NCBI RefSeq assembly: GCF_902459465.1 | Contig: NC_047075.1 | Span: 2,604,001-2,668,000 of the forward strand | Length of the DNA stretch: 64,000 nt | Origin: Asterias rubens | Lineage: Eukaryota | Direction: 5' to 3' | In this document: one piece after another, positions 1 to 10,049 of the stretch | Position numbering within the stretch: position 1 is the first letter of the stretch | Layout of the letters: every line of letters starts with the position of its first letter | Program-made: the position numbers and the translations under genes | The notes under the pieces: model-generated | Seen by the model: only the letters and a program-made list of their open reading frames with translations | What the model was told of the DNA's origin: nothing | Database searches by the model: none

Positions 1-43
1 ATCAAAAGCTACTCAACTGTTGTTTATGTGAACAAGCACTTAA

Positions 44-428
44 AGGCAGTAGACACTATTGGTAATTGCTCAAAATAATTATTAGCATAAAACCTTTCTT
101 GGTGACGAGTAATGGGGAGAGGTTGATGGTATAAAACATTGTGAAAAACGGCTCCCTCTGAAGTGCCATAGTTTTCGAGAAAAAAATAATTTTCCACGAA
201 TTTGAATTCAAGACCTCAGATTTAGAACTTGAGGTCTCGAAATCAACCATCGAAACGTACACAACTTCGTGTGACAATGTTGTTGTTTTCTTCCATTGTT
301 AGTATCTCGCAACTTCGATGACCGATTGAGCTCAACATTTCACAGGTTTGTTATTTTTATGCATATGTTGAGATACACCAACTGTGAAGGCTATAGTCTT
401 TGACAATTACCAGTAGTGTCCAGTGCCT
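44..428. mobile_element. Kolobok-like non-autonomous MITE, family 1 (AGGCAGTGGACAC...GTGTCCACTGCCT)
   Basis: Terminal inverted repeats flanked by TTAA at 40-43 and 429-432. Purine-purine 5' terminus plus TTAA TSD is the Kolobok pattern (piggyBac would start CC). Many copies in the window. Confidence 0.8.
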
Positions 429-783
429 TTAATATTATACCTGTCTAGCACTGAGTAAGGAATTTGAGAGAAATATAAATATATAAACTTGTGGCAGGGG
501 ATTCTGTGGTGTCCCCCCCCCCGCCTTTCCCCTAGAGATTATGTGCCCCCCCCCCCCCCAATATGGCGAACTGTATACAAACTACTTCAGATAGCGGCAT
601 CTTTTGAATCATCATCCTTCAGCCCATATTAATTTCCCACTATAGGGGAAAGACTTCACTTGAACAAAGGCACTGGACACCTTTGGTAATTGTCAAAGAC
701 CAGTATCCTCACTTGGTGTATGCTAGCCCTATACATGACTCTTCCTATGTTGCTGTACACAGATACTGTAGTATAATACGAAA

Positions 784-1016
784 GTGTAAGGCCGCCAGGG
801 CTTGGCGTATCCCAACTTTATGCATAAGGTTACACAATAATCTGGGGTGGATTTCACAAAGGTAGTCCTAACTTAGGACTAGTCCTAGACAATGCTAAGA
901 GATAGGACCAGTCCTAAGTAAGGATGAGTTACTGGTCCTAACTTAGGACCAGTCCTATCTCTTAGCATTGCTTAGGACTAGTCCTAAGTTAGGACTACCT
1001 TTGTGAAATCCACCCC
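784..1016. mobile_element. MITE with GGGGTGGATTTCACAAAG TIRs and internal TAGTCCTAAG/TTAGGACTA repeats
   Basis: The TIR at 784 matches the reverse complement of CTTTGTGAAATCCACCCC ending at 1016. It sits inside a Kolobok-like element. Related copies occur near 19104-19260, 34805-34920 and 50978-51130. Confidence 0.7.
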
Positions 1017-1444
1017 TGTACAAATTAGGACTCAATTGGTCAAAGGAATAATGAAAGAAGAAAACAAACACCATCTGGTGCACATTAATGTGTGTGCTTT
1101 AAGATACCTAAAATAGGCTTCAGGCCTGAAGAATTTTACGTTTGAGAGAGAAATTACCTCCTCAAAAAATACGTTACTTCGGGGAGCCATTTCTCAGAAT
1201 GTTTTAAACTATCAACAGCTCTCCATTGCTCATCACCAAGTAAGTTTTTTAAGCTAAACATTATTTTGAGTAATTACCAATAGTGTCCACTGCCTTTAAA
1301 CTATCAACAGCTCTCCATTGCTCATCACCAAGTAAGTTTTTTAAGCTAAAACATTATTTTGAGTAATTACAAATAGTGTCCAGTGCCCTTAAGAAACCAC
1401 TAGTATTAGTATTATTATACACATTTTTGGTACTTTTTTCTCAC

Positions 1445-2165
1445 CTATAACTATAAAGGCAAAACCGGATTGTTGAGTCCTGGCCAACCCGAGTGAAAGC
1501 ACAACATGGCCGGTCGCTTTCACTTTGAAGTTTATCCGGAACTTGAAGGAGGTGCTCAGAGGCTTCAGGATGAATCTAAAACTGTTTGGTTTCGGCTCGG
1601 TGGCGAAGGAGCAAGCTAAAGATATTAAAGGTAAAATTAAATATATCAATAAGATGACGAGTTGTCCTAACCTTTTAGCACCAAGTCTACTTTCTATGTA
1701 TAATGTATCGACGTGTCTTCATAATCTGTATCACAAAGTCGCCTGAATGATTTTTTCACAAAAATATGACAACTCCTGGAGCTCTTTAGCATAAATCAAA
1801 TTAAAACTTACGTGTAGTTCGGCAAGCGTTTCTAAAAGGCTCGAAGGTGCCGTCTACCAACGATAAAACACATTAAAGGGTACCAATATTAAAATGGAGA
1901 ATGCACACAAAAGTATGACAATCAATAGAGTTTACAACTCCCAGCTCTGTACCAGCCATTCAAACAAAAACTTACGCGTCGTTCGGCAAGCGTTTCTGAA
2001 AGCCTCAACGGTTTGATCACCCAAAGACGCGGGGTCCTGCCGGTCTACGGTCCGGACGAGTACACCGCACGAGGCTGCCGTAACCCACAGCACTGCAAAG
2101 TACACGGCGAGACACAAAGTCAAAGCAATGGGTTTGGTAACCATGTAACCGTTTGTAGTAACCAT
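1445..2165 (-). CDS. Secreted Methyltransf_FA (FAMeT-like) domain protein, copy 1 (exons 1-3; exon 4 not in window)
   Basis: Exons 2165-1976 (190 nt, ATG with A at -3 and an upstream in-frame stop, hydrophobic signal PIALTLCLAVYFAVLWVTAASC), 1853-1812 (42 nt) and 1615-1445 (171 nt, CSFATEPKPNSFRF...INFKVKATGHVVLSL...FAFIVIG). All junctions are GT-AG and phase 1. Near-identical to copy 2, whose exon 4 carries the diagnostic domain motifs. Confidence 0.75.
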
Positions 2166-2814
2166 GATGCTTTAAACTCGTAAGTCAACCCTGCGGTGCC
2201 CAAAATCAAAAAGTGGGTTATTTGAGGCGCTCTCTGTCGCTGCAAAACCAACTTCTTGGTGTCGTCGATATGTTGCACTGATTGAGTATGTAGCTCTATT
2301 GCGTTCGACCATGAAGCTATTTATGATTCCACTCAATAAAGTTACCTTGTTGTTGAATTTGTTCCCAATTATCAGTTTGTTAAAGGCGCAGTCGCCATAT
2401 CATGTTGACTCTATAAACCGGCTCTTTTTCAGAGCCAGCACTACTCACAAGCATTCAGACACAAAAAAAACAATAATTGTTTGTATACGCACAATCCTTG
2501 ATAGTACCTTTAAGTCAACAACCTCGTATTAATTACTTGTTGTCCTCCAGCCCTTGCTCTACGAGGATCCAAGCTGATCGATGAAACTTGAGGACACTGC
2601 GTACGAGGTTGACATTGTTTCATATACTTCCCTCTCTACATTTTAAGTCAATATTGCCAAGGCATATTTGAATATAATTTGTTCCGTAAAGACTGTCGAC
2701 CTTTTCTGTCGTATACACCGTGTGCAACAGTAATATAGAAACGATGATTACCATTCGACGAAATGGGTGTCAGACTAATTCCTCCCCAGACCTCTAATGT
2801 TGGCCATTGGGGGA

Positions 2815-3015
2815 AAGAAACAAATTCCAAAAATTCAAAAACCAAGGCAAACAAACAAACAAACAAACATTCCGAACCCTTCTGGTGGCCAATAGGGGGA
2901 GGTAATATACAAACAAAAGCAAACAAACAGACAAGCAAAGTGTCTGAGGCCTATGGGCAGCCATTGGGGGACATACGTAACAAAAGCAAATAAACAAAGC
3001 AAAGGAACTAAACAG
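2815..3015 (+). repeat. Degenerate (CAAA)n low-complexity tract
   Basis: Runs of aaacaaacaaac, duplicated at about 12295-12470. Confidence 0.7.
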
Positions 3016-3228
3016 GTATAAAGTATTGCCATTGACTTTACCCAAGCGTATCTAAGATATCAACTTTCATTCGGATGTTACTTTTTTTTCTCCAAACACA
3101 TGATATTGTGAGGGTTTCCTCCGACCGCTTAGGGCGTCTAATAACTGGGCAACAACAGTAGCTCAAAGGTTTCCATTTTAGTTAATTAAGCGTTGTTGTT
3201 GTTTGTTAGTAAATGGAAGAGCCTTTAA

Positions 3229-3555
3229 AGGCAGTGGACACTTAGTAATTGCTCAAAATAATTATTAGCATAAAACCTTTCTTGGTGACGAGTTATGGGG
3301 AGAGGTTGATGGTATAAAACATTGTGAAAAACGGCTCCCTCTGAAGTGCCATAGTTTTCGAGAAAGAAGTAATTTTTCCACGAATTCAAGACCTCAGATT
3401 TAGAACTTGAGGTCTCGAAATCAACCATCGAAACGTACACAACTTCGTGTGACAATGTTGTTGTTTTCTTTCACTATTAGTATCCCGCAACTTCGATGAC
3501 CGATTGAGCTCAAAATGTCACTGGTTTGTTATTTTATGCATATGTTCAGATACAT
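3229..3555. mobile_element. Kolobok-like MITE family 1, 3'-truncated
   Basis: TTAA-AGGCAGTGGACAC start. The body matches 44-428 and 10387-10765. The right TIR is absent. Confidence 0.75.
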
Positions 3556-4194
3556 ATGTTTTTGAAAGAATAGAAATAATGTTGAATTGAGTTGAAAGTA
3601 CATTCACGGTGCACTTGTCAATGACAGCGCTAATGACGAAAACAAATGAACTGACCCAATCAACAACCGGAGGAACATTAGCTCTTGCCAACACGACGCT
3701 CATTTCGTAAACACAAAAAAACTAATCTTCTTTCATCATGATGATACCGCCAAACACTAATGACTTGGAGTTTAAAGGCACTGGACACTATTGGTAATTG
3801 TCAAATACCAGTATTCTCACGTAACTGCATAAGATAACAAACCTGTGAACATTTGGGCTCAATCGGTTATCGAAGTTGCGAGAAAATGATGAAAGAAAAA
3901 ACTCCCTTGTTGGACGAATTTGTGTGCTTTCAGATAGGAATAAAAGACTTCTAGCTAGAAAGTCTTGTATTATTTTAGAGGGAGTCGTTTGCCACAATGT
4001 TTTATAATATCAACAGCTCTCCAATGCTCGTTACCAAGTCAGTTTTTAAGTTGTTTTAAGTAATTACCAAACGTGTACCTTCCCTTTATAGACACTGAAC
4101 ACTATAGAATTGTCAAAGACCGGTATTCTCACGTGGTGTATCCCAATTGCATAAGATAACTAACCTGTGAAAATTTTGGCTCAATCTGGCAGAT

Positions 4195-4672
4195 TTTGTG
4201 CTTACTGTGCATTTTCTATTTCATAGCACTGCTAATCGTAAGCACACGAAAGGCATGCTAACCTTCCGGTGCTCACCGCACGAAAATGACGTCACAATGC
4301 AAATCTACGGTAAACACGCAATATGGCCGCCCAATTTTTCTGCTAACCTGTGGAATACGCTAAGGCTTAAGCATTTTTTTCTGCTACAGTAAGCACGCAA
4401 ATTTGCTTACCGTTAAGCTGCGCTATGAAATTGGGCCCTGACAGCTGCTTAAGCAAAAAAAATTTGCTTAAGCAAAAAAATCATTGCTTAGTAAAATCAA
4501 ATTACCGGCCAAGACTCCACTCAATTGTTATGCTAAGTAAACAACAGCTAAATACTAGTCATAAGCAATGTATATGGCATGAAATGTTGGCCAGTAACAT
4601 GTGTAAAATAAGCGAGCTATGTTCGTGCTTAAGCATACTTTTTGCTTAAGCAGCTCTATGAAATTGTGCCCA
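4195..4672. mobile_element. Two adjacent GGGCCCAATTTCATAG-type MITEs (putative PIF/Harbinger class)
   Basis: GCTATGAAATTGGGCCC termini at about 4421-4439 and 4655-4671. The paralogous copy at 15392-15902 retains the left TIR. Other family members lie at about 37618-37860, 45053-45290, 46717-46920 and 52989-53350. Confidence 0.65.
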
Positions 4673-5605
4673 GGTCTTGGCCATGGTGCCTCTTAAGTTG
4701 TTTTCCACAGCTTCAAGGCTTCGCAATGGAAATGAAATGGAAATGGCCTTGCCCTTTCAAGATAAATGAGTTGGGGTGGTTCTGTAAAAAAAAAGCACGT
4801 TGGTTTCAACTCGACGTTTCGCTCAGTAAATCGTCTTCTAAAGGAAAAAAAAAGAAAAACGACGATCTGAAAAGTCATATTTGTTGAGAAATAAAGTAAT
4901 CACCCATTTTGGAGTTTATCGCTCAGTGAGCGTTTTATTAATTTTTATTTTTGCATCGATGTCATGCAAACTGTGTACTTGTAATCGGCTTTTCACTTTT
5001 TCTCGTGACCCAGATGGTCGATCGACCTCAAACCTCTACAGGTTTTTCAGTTAATGTATGGTGGATTACATAAAGTGCTTACACTGTCATTAGCAATTTT
5101 TTTTTTTTTTTTTTTGCAAAAAATACTGCTGTAATGTTCCTTTAAATGAACTACAGGTTGTTAGGAGAAGGATAACAACTAAAATGGCTGCCGTGAGAAA
5201 ACGGAAAGGACTTCTGAGAAGCTGTCTTCTAATATGTTTGATGACCAGTCTTCCGATTAGGGGTGGGTAACAAAAAATATAACTTAAAGACAGTGGACAC
5301 CTTTGGTAATTATCAAAGACCAAATAATGCCAGAGATTTGCTATTTATTTATAGTTTCTTCTTATTTCACAAGTTTGTTATTATGTGCATAATATGTTTA
5401 TATCTACAAGTTAGAAGACTGGCCTTTGACAATTACCAATAGTGTCCGGGTATTTAAATAATCGGTAGGTCTCATGTCTTATGAAAGGCACCATTGTTTT
5501 CTACGCTTTTGTCACCAAATAACTATTCGCCATACAACTTGTCGCCAAGCTTATTATTATTATTTGGTGCTGTTTTGTTTTAATATCTCGTTGCTGTGGA
5601 AACGG

Positions 5606-5623
5606 TGACGTCATTGGGTGGAG
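5606..5623 (+). promoter_or_regulatory. CRE (TGACGTCA) plus GT/GC box (GGGTGGAG) upstream of FReD1
   Basis: The motif pair lies 184 nt before the ATG. The same pair, at the same spacing, lies upstream of FReD2 (21285, TGACGTAA) and FReD3 (23195). Confidence 0.45.
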
Positions 5624-5789
5624 CTGAATGCATGCAATTGCTTGCGAGCAAAGATTTGCTTCATTTGATCTGGGAGACTATAGTAACAACAAACTGCAGT
5701 ATCGGGACAGTTTTCCACCTACAGTTAATCGGGACAAAAACATTTTCTCTCAGGTACATTTTCGAAAAGAAAATCTTCAAACATTCATC

Positions 5790-6773
5790 ATGGAAGCTAC
5801 GATCATTATAATATTGGCTCTTAGTTTGATGGTACAAATCGACCAGAGTGCAAGTCAACAACGGTTCATCGAAACACTCTACTTGGCTGAAAACCGAGCC
5901 TTACTTAATCATGGGTTTCAGTGGAAGACTGTATCTTCTCCTGTGATCTGTGGGCGAGACTGCTCTATGGATCCACAGTGTGTATCATTTAACTATCACA
6001 TCATAAGAGGTATCTGTGTGTTGAATGATGCCAGCAGAGCTCACAGCCCTGATGACTTTGTTGCGAGTGAAGGGAGTGCCTACTATGATAACAACTTGGA
6101 CACTTCTTCATTTTCACTACCCAGCACTAGTAGTTGTCTGGAGTTGTATCAAGCTGGTTACCGCATTAATGGTTTATACACCATCTTTCCTACAAGTCTG
6201 ACCACCAGTGGGTTACAGGTTTACTGTGATATGAAGACAGATGGAGGCGGCTGGATCGTGTTCCAGAGGAGACAAGATGGCTCTGTTGACTTTTATCGTA
6301 ACTGGGCCGAATACCAATCTGGGTTTGGTGATCTGCAGAGTGAGTTCTGGTTGGGGAATGATATCATGCGTGACCTTACTGGGTCAGGTCAATGGCGACT
6401 CAGAGTAGATATGGAAGATTGGGAGTCCAACACAGCTTGGGCTTCTTATGATGAGTTCAGTGTTACCGGTAACAAGTACACTCTCCAGGTTGGTTCATAT
6501 GATGCTCAGAGCACAGCAGGTGATGCAATGACATATCATAATGGATTACCATTCACAACAAAGGATCAGGATAATGATGCAAGGTCTGGTTACAATTGTG
6601 CCGAGCGTTATGAAGGTGCCTGGTGGTTTAATGACTGCCTTCATTCTCATCTGAACGGTAAATATTATCCAAGCCAAGATGTCAGCCCATCACGGGGAAT
6701 ACAATGGTACGAGTGGAAAGGAGCTCACGACTCCCTGAAGAAATGCAGCATGAAAATACGGCAAGTTTTGTAA
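5790..6773 (+). CDS. Intronless secreted PAN/apple + fibrinogen C-terminal domain protein (FReD1), 327 aa
   Basis: Signal peptide MEATIIIILALSLMVQIDQSA. PAN-like C-x3-C-x5-C...C (CGRDCSMDPQCVSFNY...C). FBG motifs VYCDM-x-TDGGGWIVFQRR-x-DGSVDF, GFGDLQSEFWLGN, FTTKDQDND, WWFNDC and SMKIR. Confidence 0.93.
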   Translation: MEATIIIILALSLMVQIDQSASQQRFIETLYLAENRALLNHGFQWKTVSSPVICGRDCSMDPQCVSFNYHIIRGICVLNDASRAHSPDDFVASEGSAYYDNNLDTSSFSLPSTSSCLELYQAGYRINGLYTIFPTSLTTSGLQVYCDMKTDGGGWIVFQRRQDGSVDFYRNWAEYQSGFGDLQSEFWLGNDIMRDLTGSGQWRLRVDMEDWESNTAWASYDEFSVTGNKYTLQVGSYDAQSTAGDAMTYHNGLPFTTKDQDNDARSGYNCAERYEGAWWFNDCLHSHLNGKYYPSQDVSPSRGIQWYEWKGAHDSLKKCSMKIRQVL

Positions 6774-6798
6774 CTATCAACCCATTGACCGGGGACAG

Positions 6799-6883
6799 GG
6801 AATAAAATGGAATGACTGGAGTGGGGATTATTAATTACTCCCTCAAATAATGCAGCATGAAAATACGACAACTTAAACTCTAA
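6799..6883 (+). pseudogene. Orphan, degenerate FBG C-terminal fragment downstream of FReD1
   Basis: Reads GIKWNDWSGDY*..YSLK*CSMKIRQLKL*, homologous to the last ~28 codons of FReD1/2. Confidence 0.75.
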
Positions 6884-9029
6884 CCTTGGGATTACGGGAC
6901 AAGAATGATTGACTTGTTGAACTGGAAAGGTTATTTTTGCTGCAGCTGAGAAATGCCCCAAGATTCTCCTTACGAACACAGAGATCAACAACACATCTAC
7001 GGTATTATTTTTAATCGCGTTTAACATTATCAATGGGTTTGTTTTTAAGGAAGAAAAAAATGTTATCAAAAACTGCAACAAAAACAAATTCATATAAAGT
7101 CAACGTGGAAAGATGAACTTAAAAATCAAAAGGCTAGAATGTCTTTGACAAAGGAACTGCCAACTGTTTGTTGGTGGTAAAAGGGACAATACGAAGACTT
7201 TCACAGCGGTATATTTTTATAACCATCATTCTAAAGTTGATTTCCATTCAGTATACAAACATCGGTAATATAAATTCATTAAATATTAGATATGGACTGT
7301 TTGACTATTGCAGTGGGATAAAAAGTTATCACATATTGTAGAATGTTCTTCACTGTAATTTTGACATTTTATGATCATAGTAGCATAGTGTTGTGATTTG
7401 TGTTGTGAAGCAAACTTTAAGCAAAATGTGCCTTTAAGCAAATGGTCCAATGAAGTAGTATTTAAAATTGTCAAGTGTCGATAAATGTATTTTTGTAAAC
7501 GTTTTTTTAACAAAACATTGCAGTGTCTTTGCCGTGCGATCACACGGCAACGACACTGCCGGTTTTAAACGGCCGTTTAAGAACTCGTCGCTACCCTTTT
7601 ATTCCCTTCGTTATAATACAAAACATATCTGTGCGTACAAATATTGTGTAATTGTTTAGGTGCACAACAGCCGTTGGTAGTAGAGTGGTTCACAGTGGTA
7701 CTTCAGTGCTGTTATTGGTAGGACTTATAGAATTTAATTATTTACATTTTAAAACATTAATGTTAACTATTGTGGAATGTTGAGAAGAGAATTAGAAAAA
7801 CAGATTGTTGTAGTCCCACATACATTGCATGAAAATACTGATTGTTAAAGCGCCTTGAGTGTCAATGAGTGGCGCATATGAGCACTATAAGAAACCAATA
7901 TTATCATAAGAAATGATAAGAAACCGTCAACAAGATTTCCTCGATTGTTTTAGCGCTCTGTTAGAAAAAAACAACACCTGCAAACGACGCTTCATTGAGC
8001 ACTCCCTTTACACGGTCATTCTAATTCAATAGCAATTCTAACTGTGTACACATTCAACGGAATAAATAACTCAACGCTAACCCAATGAAACACGTATCCG
8101 GATCCCGCTAATAATCAAATCAGTCGAGATACGTCTGCACTTTTCCCGCCAAAATTGCTTCATTATGGCGGGAACTGATCCCCATCGCAGAGTGTCAGAT
8201 GTTTATACTGTACAATAGGGGGCGCTCTAATTTGTTGCAGGAGGCGTGTCCAACGGCACTTCCGTATCTTGATATGATAATTGACTCAGCAAATTTTCAG
8301 TTAATTTGCGAGAACGCATAGATAAAAACGTTGCCTGAACTTCAGACGTACGGGCAACTAAACATTTTCAAAATAAATGCAATGCTATCATCGTTTGTTT
8401 ACCGATTCTTATCGTGCATTAAATTTGTTTCCCTTTAAACATAACAACAATTTTCCGTAAACTTGAATTCTCACAATCGTTTTGATTTACTAGAATTCCC
8501 CCCCTAACAAAACCTTCACCCATTGTGCAGAAGTGACCCCCCCCCCCCCAATCTTGCTCAATGTGTGCTCTGACCTGTGTCCCTAAAATCCTACAAGGAA
8601 TTCCTGAAATTTCCAGAACACAATAGACAAACAATAGGAGGCGAGGGTTGTACATCAAGCCCATAGATGCACCAAATACAGGTTGAAAGCAACACTACGT
8701 GTGTCAAGCAGGAAATGTCCTCTGGACATGTCGTGTAAATCATGTATGTGGACACTATTTTTAAAAGGGAATGAAAGCACAGCCTACGACCTGTCATGTT
8801 GAGAATTGATCATGAAGGAATTGTCGGAGAGAGAACTGACAGAGGTGAGTTTCTTTTTTTTCTCGTGTTGTTTTGAGGCTTGCTTTTTGTGTTCTTCAAT
8901 AAGCTTGCCATCTTGTGTCTTGGTCCCTGTAGTATCCATGTGTGTATTCATGTACGACCCTGATAGCAACCAGCCTATTTTTTTTATTTACACGTTCGGT
9001 TGTGCTGTGGCATTGGGTTTCATACGTCG

Positions 9030-9640
9030 GGGAAAAGTTTCCTTATGGCGCCACCACTTTTTCTTCTTCTTCTTCCTCTTCCTTATAAAGTGCAGCCTTC
9101 AAAATGGTTGAAGATGTACGCACTGCGTGTGAGCGCATGTGTTGACTTAGGCAACAGGAATTTGTGTCAGGTGCAGGTAGAATTCGATATGAAATAATAC
9201 CTAATTTACCTCAATGAGACATCCCTTTTTGTAAAAATGAGTAAACAAAAGTGGTGGCGCCATACGGAAAGTAAGGCGTAATAAAACTGGGTCCAGAAAT
9301 AAGATACATTCAAGAAACAATGTTCTCCTTTGTTTTTGATCGTGAGCCTCAATTTAATTATATCTTTCGCGCGTTCGTGATTTATTTACACAACATTTAC
9401 AATAGATAATGCTAAATTGTTTATCAGTAGAATTTTAAACAACTTTTAGACTAACCCTGTTGGTGCTTTACATTTCTACTTACAATGTTTATGAGTGAAC
9501 ATTCATTATGGAAAAGTTTCCGTATGGCGCCACCACTTTTTCATTTGATATGAAATAATATAGTATCTAATTTACGTCATTGAGATATCCTTTTCGGTAA
9601 AAATGAGTGAAAAGGTGGTGGCGCCATACGGAAAGTTATC
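9030..9640. mobile_element. Two MITE copies with TTTCC(G/T)TATGGCGCCACCAC / GTGGTGGCGCCATACGGAAAG TIRs
   Basis: Inverted repeat pairs at about 9030-9275 and 9511-9640 with shared internal sequence. Confidence 0.65.
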
Positions 9641-10049
9641 CGGGGTGGTTATTCATTGGTGATTATATCTTCATTAGCAATCAATTTGTTGTTGAGGCAG
9701 TCAAAAAATTACTTCGTACTACTTTAGATCTTATAGATGAGGTATAATAAGAAAAGAGAATTTTCTGTTGATAAAAAAGAGGGCGCTGTTTGACTTTATT
9801 TGCAGGTGTGTTATGTTATGCTGTTTGCCCCCCTCCCCCCGACCTCGCTGTTTGTCAGCCAAAACTAAATACATCCAATAATTGGTTTGTTGTTTTCTGT
9901 CCAACGAATTATACACTATTGTTTAACAATAGTGTAACATTCTTAACCCTCTGCCTGTGTTGAGTTCCCATTATGGGGAACAAAATCTCCGGGAGACAAA
10001 CTCAGAAACGACTTCACTTACAGATTGGGGTCAATGGTGCTTATTATAG

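Noticed and set aside
56-277. Recurrent short ORFs such as [13 protein letters not shown].../[16 protein letters not shown]... (also 3225, 10349, 25582, 33049, 50419, 53884, 55079)
   Set aside because: They are chance frames inside copies of the same Kolobok-like MITE.
1506-1619. Plus-strand ORF MAGRFHFEVYPELEGG...
   Set aside because: It is antisense to FAMeT-like exon 3 and is interrupted by a stop in the second copy.
2620-2754. Minus-strand signal-peptide-like ORF MVIIVSILLLHTVY...
   Set aside because: It is only 44 aa, with no convincing splice link to the FAMeT-like exon 1, which has its own ATG and an upstream in-frame stop.
2648-3045. Overlapping hydrophobic ORFs (CLFVCLF...)
   Set aside because: They are products of the (CAAA)n low-complexity tract.
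5628-5789. 54-aa N-terminal extension of FReD1 (and 21307-21468 for FReD2) in the ORF track
   Set aside because: The signal peptide starts at the ATG at 5790/21469 (CATC-ATG-G context), the extension is hydrophilic, and it is not open in FReD3. Openness in two copies reflects recent duplication.
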